Origin: Candidatus Poseidoniaceae archaeon
Lineage (GTDB): Archaea; Thermoplasmatota; Poseidoniia; Poseidoniales; Poseidoniaceae
Direction: 5' to 3'
NCBI GenBank assembly: GCA_938075675.1
Contig: CALJHE010000006.1
Location: 88,415-152,414, forward strand
DNA: 64,000 nucleotides
Part shown: positions 20,915-29,800 of the stretch, piece after piece
How the letters are laid out: each line of letters begins with the position of its first letter
Position numbering within the stretch: the stretch's first letter is position 1
The notes under the pieces: generated by a model
The model's database searches: none
The model's input: the letters and a program-made list of their open reading frames with translations, nothing else
Told to the model about the DNA's origin: nothing
Program-made: the position numbers and the translations under genes

Positions 20915-21756
20915 AACAAGAACGAACCTTGAAAATGACAGCTCCAACTCACACCGTACTCGAAGGTGGAGGGTTTCCAGTACGACGTCCCTCCGCCATG
21001 GGTACCTTGATGAGTCCGTTTTTGCTTCTTGACGAAATGGGACCAGTTCATTGGGATCCAGGGCAAGCGATTGGGGCACCAGCACATCCACACCGAGGTT
21101 TTGAAACCGTTACGTACATGATTCAAGGAGCCATGCAACACGAAGACAGTGCTGGCAATAAGGGCGACTTGAATCCTGGAGACGTGCAATGGATGACTGC
21201 AGGTCGGGGAATCATTCATTCAGAATTACCACAAGACGAGTTCTTGAAAACGGGTGGGGTCTCCCACGGATTCCAAATTTGGGTAAACCTCCCAGCCAAG
21301 GATAAAATGATGATGCCTCGGTATCAGGACATTGATTCATCAAAAATTCCGAAAGTAACCTCCCAGGATGGCAAAGTTTGGGCGAACGTCATCGCAGGAT
21401 CAACACTAGGTGTTAACGCCGTAATCGACACCGTGATACCGATCACTTACATTCACATGAAAATTCAACGAGGTGGCGTTCACAAGCAACCGATTGAATC
21501 CGGTCTCAATGGAATGGTCTACGTCTTTGGTGGCACGCTCCATCTTGGTGGGAAGCCTGTCCAGGATGGGCAACTTGGGCTGATGAACGACGGCGATGAA
21601 GTCGTCTTGGAAGCCGTTGAAGAGGATGCAGAATTCTTGATTCTAGCCGGCCCCGAATTAAACGAGCCTATCGCGCGTTATGGGCCATTTGTAATGAACA
21701 CACGAGAAGAAATCCACCAAGCACTCCTTGACTATCAAAACGGTACGCTTGCTTGA
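20911..21756 (+). CDS. Pirin family protein
   Basis: PFLLLDEMGP, HPHRGFETVTY, WMTAGRGIIHSE, FQIWVNLP, YGPFVMNT; 4-bp overlap with the upstream reductase. Confidence 0.95.
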   Translation: MKQERTLKMTAPTHTVLEGGGFPVRRPSAMGTLMSPFLLLDEMGPVHWDPGQAIGAPAHPHRGFETVTYMIQGAMQHEDSAGNKGDLNPGDVQWMTAGRGIIHSELPQDEFLKTGGVSHGFQIWVNLPAKDKMMMPRYQDIDSSKIPKVTSQDGKVWANVIAGSTLGVNAVIDTVIPITYIHMKIQRGGVHKQPIESGLNGMVYVFGGTLHLGGKPVQDGQLGLMNDGDEVVLEAVEEDAEFLILAGPELNEPIARYGPFVMNTREEIHQALLDYQNGTLA

Positions 21757-21804
21757 TTATTCGTCAATTGAGACCAAGACATGAACATGTAGTCCTTCTC
21801 TCGC

Positions 21805-22479
21805 TCAACTGAAAGACGAGTCAGTGGCTTGCTTCGACCATGAATTGATGATGGAACCTTCTGCCGATTGAAGGTGCTCAGCGACTGTCCCCTGACGAAT
21901 TCCAAGCGCGTCTGCTATGTCTCGCTGAGTACACCCGCGAGGGGTTGAGTAGTATCCTAATTCAACAGCCTTTTTCATGACTTCGTGTCGGCGTGGGGGG
22001 AGTCGAGGTGCGCTAATCCAATCTGAAGCCACCGTTTTACTAATTCGCATCTTCAGGTCACCTGGTACGATTTTCACGAGTAAATCTCGTGCTTTTTTTA
22101 GTCCGAGAGGGGTTCCTTGAACCGTCCATAACAAACCATTTTCGAGCGATAAAGAAGTCGGTGCAGTAAACCAACAACCCTTGACACCTTGAACCAATGA
22201 ACCCAACGGACCAGGCAATTTAGCGACGATATAGGCATGTGATTCGTGTTGGATCAAAATTTCATCGATTTGAAAACTTAGATCAAGGTTCATTCCTTTG
22301 TCAAATACTCCCGGGTTCTCAAACTCGACAAGGAATACATAACTTGCAGGTATCTTGGATGTGTTCACCGTGCTGATGTATTCTACTTTTGTGAAGTAAT
22401 TCATGATACTTACTCCGGGGAGATGAGAGCCCCTTTCGAGGGACATTTGGAGTTGGAAAAATTTCAGTCCGTCCACCAT
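21805..22479 (-). CDS. Bacterio-opsin activator-type (HTH_10) transcriptional regulator
   Basis: C-terminal AVELGYYSTPRGCTQRDIADALGIRQGTVAEHLQSAE is the archaeal HTH_10 pattern. Confidence 0.88.
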   Translation of the reverse strand: MVDGLKFFQLQMSLERGSHLPGVSIMNYFTKVEYISTVNTSKIPASYVFLVEFENPGVFDKGMNLDLSFQIDEILIQHESHAYIVAKLPGPLGSLVQGVKGCWFTAPTSLSLENGLLWTVQGTPLGLKKARDLLVKIVPGDLKMRISKTVASDWISAPRLPPRRHEVMKKAVELGYYSTPRGCTQRDIADALGIRQGTVAEHLQSAEGSIINSWSKQATDSSFS

Positions 22480-22602
22480 CTATACCCCGTTATGACAGGA
22501 CTCACGGTCTGCAGATATAGTTTATACCATTCTTGATAGCATATCGATGAGTCCTCTTGGGGTAGTTTTGTAAAGGGCTCGCCAACCAACGGACTGAGTG
22601 AC

Positions 22603-23910
22603 ATGTCCACCATAGACGAGTATCTTGAGCAAATTGATGCATTGGAAACGCTTCCTAAGGTTGGCATCTGTGTAGGATTATTGTTTTTTGGACTTGCTTT
22701 TTGCAAGTATTTTATCGTACGTCCTTTTCGTAATCTCGTCACTCGTTCAAAAGCGCAATGGGATGATGCCCTCATTCAACCTTTGTCAAATCGACTCTAC
22801 TTTTTCGTTATCGTTGCTGGACTGCAGCTATCCGGAGCTTGGGTGACGGATTCTGATTCCGAATTACTTGAGTCAATGTATCCGTACTTCAGCGTGATTT
22901 ACATTATGACGACAACATCAATCTTGAGCACCGGTATCAAACATCTTGTGCCAGTAATACTTGGACGATTTACTGCAAAATCAAGCGTTACAGTATCTGG
23001 TGGTAATCCTCTCATTGTATTCCTTTTACGCGCAGTTACCTATTTTGTCGGCCTCAACCTTGCACTAAATGAACTCAATATCGAACTGCTCGGTCTTTTT
23101 GCTTCATTGGCCGTATTCTCCCTCATTATCGGGCTCGCTGTTCAGCAAACCCTCGGGAATATTGTTAATTCGTTCATGCTTGCAGTAGACCGGCCGTTTG
23201 AAGTTGGAGACCGTATCGAAGTGGAAGGGATGATTGGAACGGTCATCTCCATGGGCATCCTCTCAACCAAGGTTTTGGATCGAGATGAGAAGTTGGTCGT
23301 GATTCCAAACAATTCACTTATTTCCTCAACACTGGTAAATCACGCTCGTGGTGGCGGTGATGGTCTAGCAAGAAGAATTTCGGTAGTTGTTGACATTGGT
23401 GTCGATTACCGCGAGAGTATCGACCACGTCAAGGTAACAATGCTCCAATTAGCTCGAGACTGTCCGTACACCATTGATTCACCAGAACCTCGTGTTCTCC
23501 TTGTCGAACTCGGGGACTTCGCTAAGATTCTCCGCTTGTATACTTGGGTCGCTGATTACAGCGATGAATGGGTGACTCGTGACTGGTTGCTTAAGTCGTT
23601 AGATGAACGGTTTGAGCAAGAGCACATCCGCATACCGTTCCCAACGGCGGTCGAACTCTCAGGAGAAGATGATGAGATGCTCACAGGTGACGCCCGCTCC
23701 AAGGAGAGCCGTCAGCGTGCTGCTAAGCGCCAGATGACTCGTGAAGACAGAAACCTTCGTAAGCAACGTGATGATGCTCGAGAGGAACTTGAAGGCATCC
23801 AAGAAATGCTACGTGATACTGGACTCAGCAAGGATGAGCGTGCTGAACTGGATAACCGAGCAATCGAGTTGTCGAAGACGCTTACAATGTTTGACACCGA
23901 TGATGATTGA
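22603..23910 (+). CDS. mscS: Small-conductance mechanosensitive channel MscS with C-terminal coiled-coil extension
   Basis: GLAVQQTLGNIV, DRPFEVGDRIEV, VVIPNN, IRIPFP; extra N-terminal TM helices. Confidence 0.92.
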   Translation: MSTIDEYLEQIDALETLPKVGICVGLLFFGLAFCKYFIVRPFRNLVTRSKAQWDDALIQPLSNRLYFFVIVAGLQLSGAWVTDSDSELLESMYPYFSVIYIMTTTSILSTGIKHLVPVILGRFTAKSSVTVSGGNPLIVFLLRAVTYFVGLNLALNELNIELLGLFASLAVFSLIIGLAVQQTLGNIVNSFMLAVDRPFEVGDRIEVEGMIGTVISMGILSTKVLDRDEKLVVIPNNSLISSTLVNHARGGGDGLARRISVVVDIGVDYRESIDHVKVTMLQLARDCPYTIDSPEPRVLLVELGDFAKILRLYTWVADYSDEWVTRDWLLKSLDERFEQEHIRIPFPTAVELSGEDDEMLTGDARSKESRQRAAKRQMTREDRNLRKQRDDAREELEGIQEMLRDTGLSKDERAELDNRAIELSKTLTMFDTDDD

Positions 23911-23933
23911 GCAAAGCAGCAATTACTTTGCTC
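23910..23933 (+). terminator. Short hairpin directly after the mscS stop
   Basis: GAGCAAAG-cagcaatta-CTTTGCTC 8-bp inverted repeat, with no strong U-tract. Confidence 0.35.
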
Positions 23934-24191
23934 CATACTCAGGACGCTGCCAGGTTTCGGTTCTGTTACACAGTGCTTTGGCTATGATTTGACCTCTAGA
24001 GGCATTGTCTTGAACAGTTTTTGGCGTTGCCCTTACTGTAGTGTTCGAAAGAGGCTCGTACTTGGGTTCAAACCCTTTCGGTCTAAGTGTGCTCAGCACC
24101 CGAACCTAGCAATTTAGAGAGGTTTTGACGGCAGATTCTGTCTTCGCCAGATGCTGTGAACGCCTTGCTGCAGCCCATAAAATCTGTAAAG

Positions 24192-24266
24192 TGCTCGTGC
24201 CGGGATTCGAACCCGGGTCGGCGGGATGAAAACCCACTATGATGGACCTAGCTACACCACACGAGC
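24192..24266 (-). tRNA. tRNA-Glu (anticodon TTC)
   Basis: Reverse complement folds as acceptor GCTCGTG/CACGAGC, anticodon arm GTGGG-TTTTCAT-CCCGC, T arm CCGGG-TTCGAAT-CCCGG. No intron and no encoded CCA. Confidence 0.96.
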
Positions 24267-24326
24267 GACAGCCTGCCCACCGACCACCCCTTGATAATGA
24301 TTCGCACCATGAAAAGTGGCAATGTT

Positions 24327-24950
24327 TCACTCCACGGAGTCAGAATCGGTGTGAATTGATTCTAGTTCAATTCCTGCCCACCATTTCCAGATGTACCACA
24401 TAGGAATTGCAGAGAGTATCATGCCCACTCCGAGAACGATTTCGTTGTCGAGAAACCAATTGATCGAATCAATTGCAGCATTGCCGTAAATTCCGATCAA
24501 AATGGCTTCAAGTCCAAAACGCAGTCCTCTGCCGAGCAATCCGGCGATGAGAAAAGGTTTCTTTTCCATTTCACCCATTCCTGCAACCCACCCAAACACC
24601 TTGTATGGTATAGGTGAAAAGGCTGCAATGAATATTCCCCATTTTCCGTAACGAATGGTGAGAGCCTCTATTTTATTGAGGTGAGACTGTTTCGAGAACT
24701 TCCCTATGAATAAGCGTCCCCATCGCTTTCCAATCCAGTACCCTACAAGCGAGCCTGCAACTGATGAAAGGGTGACGGTGAGCCACAACCACACGACAAG
24801 TGGTGTGTCGCCGATGGCATCTGCAAGCATTGGGATATACAACAAATCAGGTGGTATTGGCTGAACTATGGATTCGGTAAAAGAGAGTACAGCCAAACTC
24901 GCAGGGCCAAAGATGTCGAAGAAGTCGAGTATTGACTGCTTCCATGACAT
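24327..24950 (-). CDS. YqaA/DedA (VTT domain) membrane protein
   Basis: SFTESIVQPIPPDLL, SVAGSLVGYWIG, AAFSPIPYKVF, GRGLRF. Confidence 0.9.
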   Translation of the reverse strand: MSWKQSILDFFDIFGPASLAVLSFTESIVQPIPPDLLYIPMLADAIGDTPLVVWLWLTVTLSSVAGSLVGYWIGKRWGRLFIGKFSKQSHLNKIEALTIRYGKWGIFIAAFSPIPYKVFGWVAGMGEMEKKPFLIAGLLGRGLRFGLEAILIGIYGNAAIDSINWFLDNEIVLGVGMILSAIPMWYIWKWWAGIELESIHTDSDSVE

Positions 24951-25027
24951 GTCGTTCGCTTCACACTCATAGCCATGAAGGTGTGGGTGTGCGGTGACTT
25001 CAAGGAGTACATTCGTCGGTATTGGCT

Positions 25028-25522
25028 GTGATGCGAGTACTCGATACAGCCGCTTTACTTCACTGGCCGGCTGATGAATTGAACGGCAACATTTGTTCGG
25101 TTGCTCAACAGGCGGAACTGGAACGCGTAAGCCCTCAAAGGTGGATGTTGGTTCAAGCCTTGGATATCGATTGGCGTGATGCTGATGCTGCTTGGATTGC
25201 GCGTGCCAAGGAATGTGCGGCTCAAAGCGGTGATTTACCCCGACTTTCGGATGTTGATTTAGAAGTCTTAGCGTTGGCTCTTGGTCTCAAGTTGCCGCTT
25301 GTTACGGACGATTATCGTCTTCAAAACACCATGAAATTTTCAGGTTATCAATCCAGTTCTGTTGATACCAAAGGGGCGCAGCAGGTATGGACTTGGATTC
25401 GACGATGTACGGGTTGCAGGCACACAACAGAAGTTCCAGAAGACGTGGCTCGTTCGAAAAAGGGCGATGTCGGTGACTGCGACCGATGTGGTGCAGCGCT
25501 TGTTCTCAAGAGAAAACGCTGA
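25028..25522 (+). CDS. nob1: Nob1-like PIN endoribonuclease with Zn ribbon
   Basis: VLDTAALL, LSDVDLEVLALA, TDDYRLQN, CTGC...CDRCG. Start GTG 25028 or ATG 25031. Confidence 0.88.
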   Translation: MMRVLDTAALLHWPADELNGNICSVAQQAELERVSPQRWMLVQALDIDWRDADAAWIARAKECAAQSGDLPRLSDVDLEVLALALGLKLPLVTDDYRLQNTMKFSGYQSSSVDTKGAQQVWTWIRRCTGCRHTTEVPEDVARSKKGDVGDCDRCGAALVLKRKR

Positions 25523-25825
25523 TTATTCTTCACTACCGGAGTTGAGTTTCTCAAGTGCAGAAGTCTTGCGTTCCAGTTCTTCAATATCCATTCCTGCTGG
25601 GTCAATGCCAACTGCACGAGCCCTTTCGCTGAGGATTTGGTTTGGAGTCTTACCTCCTGCTTCCAGGTCGGTTATAGTTCGAGATGTGTCTGTTAGTCCT
25701 TTTTGGAACTCACCCTTAGAGCGCCCGAGTGCGTTTGCCATTTTCGGCAACCGTTCTGCACCAAACAGTACGAAGAACAAGCCGACTAAAATCGTCAGTT
25801 CAAGTGGTCCCAAGCCGCCAATCAT
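25523..25825 (-). CDS. tatA: Twin-arginine translocase subunit TatA/E
   Basis: LGPLELTIL...LFGAERLPKMANALGRSKGEFQKG; GAGGA RBS. Confidence 0.93.
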   Translation of the reverse strand: MIGGLGPLELTILVGLFFVLFGAERLPKMANALGRSKGEFQKGLTDTSRTITDLEAGGKTPNQILSERARAVGIDPAGMDIEELERKTSALEKLNSGSEE

Positions 25826-25896
25826 GCTTCTTCCTCAGTCTGTGCACAACGGGGATAGTGTTGAACTCTTCGGCCAAACATTCCCGTTTTCCCCCA

Positions 25897-26148
25897 TTAT
25901 CCGCCAGATACAGGAGGTAGTAATGCTAATTCATCTCCTGATTGTAGTTTTACATCGCTTGTACACTGTAAGCCATTCACGGCAAAAAGAAGCCCTTTCT
26001 GCTGGATTGAAGTAAGCCCGATTGATTCTACCACTTCAGAAACCGATGCGTGTTGTCGAACCGAGTGCTTCTTTCTTTTCCAACCGAGTTTTTCTGCAAG
26101 CGGGCCAAAGGTGAGAACGGTGATGCTGAGTGGCTCTTCATCGTTCAT
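25897..26148 (-). CDS. MoaD/ThiS-family ubiquitin-like small archaeal modifier/sulfur carrier
   Basis: Beta-grasp pattern VLTFGPLAE...FAVNG...GDELALLPPVSGG with C-terminal GG; ATG 26148. Confidence 0.92.
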   Translation of the reverse strand: MNDEEPLSITVLTFGPLAEKLGWKRKKHSVRQHASVSEVVESIGLTSIQQKGLLFAVNGLQCTSDVKLQSGDELALLPPVSGG

Positions 26149-26199
26149 GTTGATGCTTTGAAGCGGTAGTTTATCAACGCATTCGGTTGTCCTCAATGT

Positions 26200-26895
26200 A
26201 TGGGCCCCGTGATGAAAGCGACAGGTGTTTGGAAAATCTATCCATCAGGGGAGTCTACTGTTCAGGCTGTAAAAGGTGTAGATGTCAGTATTGATGCCGG
26301 TGAGATGGTAGCAATCATGGGCGCTTCGGGTTGCGGTAAAACAACCCTTCTCAACATTCTATCCGGAATCGATGAACCTAATTCGGGTGATGTGCATGTC
26401 AACGGAGAACCTCTGTTCGGAATCTCAGACAACAAGCGCACCCGCATGAGGGCAGAATATCTGGGCTTCATTTTTCAAGACTTCAATCTGCTACCAGTTC
26501 TTTCCGCCGTTGAAAATGTCGAGTTGCCTCTCCTCTTACTCGGGAAATCTGCTTCTGAGGCGCGTAAAGGGGCACTTGAGGCACTCCAATCGGTTGGTCT
26601 CTCCCAAAGGTCGGAACACCTCCCTTCGGAACTTTCAGGCGGTCAACAACAACGAGTTGCAGTAGCACGTGCGCTTGTCCACAACCCAACGGTAATTCTC
26701 TGTGATGAGCCCACCGGTAATCTTGACTCTGTTACCTCCGCAGAAGTTCTTGAGTTGCTCCACAAATTGAACCGTGAACGCAACACGACTTTCCTTATCG
26801 TGACTCACGATGCGATGATTGCAAAACGATGCACTCGAACTTTGCAGATGTTGGACGGGACGATCGTTGAAGATCGTCGCAATGAGGAGGAATGA
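26200..26895 (+). CDS. ABC transporter ATP-binding protein, LolD/MacB family
   Basis: GASGCGKTT, GFIFQDFNL, LSGGQQQRV, LCDEPTGNLD, IVTHD. Confidence 0.96.
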   Translation: MGPVMKATGVWKIYPSGESTVQAVKGVDVSIDAGEMVAIMGASGCGKTTLLNILSGIDEPNSGDVHVNGEPLFGISDNKRTRMRAEYLGFIFQDFNLLPVLSAVENVELPLLLLGKSASEARKGALEALQSVGLSQRSEHLPSELSGGQQQRVAVARALVHNPTVILCDEPTGNLDSVTSAEVLELLHKLNRERNTTFLIVTHDAMIAKRCTRTLQMLDGTIVEDRRNEEE

Positions 26896-29800
26896 CACTG
26901 TTTCTTGAATTGCTTTCACTTTTTGTCATGGTTGGTCTGTTGAGTGCAGTATCGACTTTTGGTATCGGAAGATGGAAGCAACTTGGGGCATTGAAAGTAC
27001 TTTTGCTCATTGTCGGGCCGATTGTCGATGCCTACATCGCTTACTATTTCCTTAACTGGATTTCTGTGTCAGGCGCCACACTGTGGGCGGGTTCGCTCGC
27101 ACTCGGTCTGATGAGCCATATCTTGCTTCAGCCTTTGTTGGTTCCTCAAAGGCTGGTGGTCTGGAGGTTGGCAACCAAGAACATCGTTCGCCGTAAACGC
27201 CAAGCAGCATTACTGATGGTTGGATTAATCGTTGCTTCGGCCATCATTACTTCATCGATGATTGTTGGCGATTCATTGGACGCTACTGTACGAAACGAGG
27301 TCGAAGGTGCATGGGGCCAAACCGACATAACCGTTTCAGGTTTTGACCTTTCGAAAGGTGAGAGAGTCACCCTTTCTGAAGTATTAGCCAATGAGGTTTG
27401 GGATGGGATACAATCGAACGATGTTCTTGCTTCATCAGTTGAAGCTCAGCAACAAGGTATTGTCGCCTCCGTAAGTACTTCATCAAGTGATTCATCTCTT
27501 ACCGGAGTAACTTGGATGGCAATGAACAGTTCGATAGATTCTCTCGAGTACTGGCCCAAAATAGGCACATCCGCAGATGGTATTCGATATTCAACCCTCA
27601 ATGAAGCCAACTTTTTTTCTCAACAATACCAAGTCGCTGTCAATCAAGTTCTCGCAGATGAATTGAATCTAGAGAAAGGTGACCGTTTTGATTTGGGATG
27701 GTATGTGACTGACGACGGGCAACGCAAACGTATTGACGCACAAGTGGAAGTCCATTCAGTCGTCGCCAATCAGGGACAAGGTGCATCGGCTGGAACTCAA
27801 GCACCGGCTCTTTTTACCGACTTAGAAACAGCACAATCCATGCAGAAAATGGTTGGGAAAATCAACACCATTTACTACGCCGTTGATGACAAACACGAAC
27901 AGGCAGAGCAGATTCAACCGGTGCTTGATGAACTGCAAACAGTATTGGACCAATACATCCGTTCCGAGGATGTAGGCCTTTCATTGGACCTTGATACCTC
28001 CAGCAATTCGATGACACTTTCATCTTCACAAGGCCTAGGCCGGCTTTCTGGTGAGTTGGTTCGAGGTCTCCGTGAGAACATGACTGCCCTTTCACCGAAC
28101 GCCTCGATGATGGAAGTTCTCCAAGTACCGATGGTTGAAATGGAACACGAAAATCAACAAATTCTTACACTTGCCGATTCCGAAATCACAGAACTTTGGT
28201 CTGGGCAACGCGGGCTTTGGCATTTCACGCCAAGCGGTGCTGGTTTCCAGATTGAAGGCGACGGTGCAGCGTGGGTCTGGCGTGTCACTGGTTCTGGAAT
28301 TGCCAACGATTTCACTCTTGATCATACTGGTCAGTACGGCCTCATTGCGACCGACGGAGAACTCATCGTCGGTTATGAAGGTGAACTTGATGACGAGGAA
28401 TGGGCATCCTATTCATCAACGGGTAACTTCCTTTCTGTTGCTCAGGCCAGCGAAGGCTGGTGGGCCTTAGAAGAAAACAATGCAAGTCTCATTCTTCATT
28501 CATTTAATCTTGATTTGAGCCTTCATGACAGTACTGTTCTTAATATTGATTTGCCGTCAACCATCCTTTCAACTCAACTCCTCAGTGGCGATTCTTTGTT
28601 TCTTGAAGTCGAAGGGTTGCTTTCATCCTCTCGATACACCTCTCCGATTCCAACCGTTCAATTCACTGAAGTTGATTCAAATTCATCGTGGCCAGGAGAA
28701 GCCTCTTCTGATGCAGATGTCGATTTGCACCCAATGTGTAACGGTGTGGCATCAGTGACACTGTTTTCTCCATCTGAGCACTGGTGCTCTGTACCAGAGG
28801 GGCTCATCCGATGGGATTCTACGAACAACAACGTTCTCTCACTTCGCATCCCTATTGTGTCGACTGCGGGTGGTTTTGGCGTACTCCCTCAGTTGTATCT
28901 CGCCTTTGGCGGCGGCAATTCTCCTTTGATGGTTGAGCCGGGTGAGGTTTTGCTCAGTCAGAGATTATCGGCGTTATCTCTTGAGGCAAATCAAAGTGAG
29001 TTTTGGGTGAAGGGCCTTATTCCCTACGCATTTGGCGATGATACTGCCCACCAACTCGCCTATTCAGGCTCGTATGCTGACATCGATGGATTTGAGACCC
29101 TTTCTGAACTTGATTCAGTTGTTCTTGGCCTGGTTTCCCTCGAAGACGGTGAAATGCTTGCTTCTGGCGGTGAAGATGAACGTTCTCTGGTCGTTCTTTC
29201 CCAAGATGGGAGTTTGAACGAATCCTCAGACAACATCATTCAGTGGCTCGATGATTATGCTAACGCAACGGTCGCTAACCTCGATATTCGGGCGGTTAAA
29301 GTGGAAGCGGCAGCAATTGCTGAGGAATCATCGGGAGTCTTAGCTGCCATGTTCTTGGTGTTTGGAACATTTACAATTGTTGCAGGTATTCTCCTTGTAT
29401 TGACCATTGTAATGATGCTTGCAGAATCGCGGCGATCAGAACTCGGAACCATGCGTGCACTCGGCGTATCTCAATCCGATGCAAGAGCGCTTGCAGTGCA
29501 AGAAGGGGTTCTTCTTTCAGCACTCGCCAGCGCGGTTGGAAGTTTGGTTGGAATCGTTTTAGCATGGTTCATCAGTATCGGTTTCAAGAACATGTTTGCA
29601 TCGGTTGGTTCGAACCAATTCAGTTTCGCATGGGAATGGAATTCCTTGTTTTCAGGCGCTGTTTGGGGATTCCTTTTGGCTTTGACAACACTTTGGTTTT
29701 CTGCTCTTTGGACTTCACGATTGAATATTCTCCTCGCGCTCAAGGGTGGTAAAGTACCTCGCAGTGAAGGTATTCCAATGTCCCTTGTACTGATTCAAAT

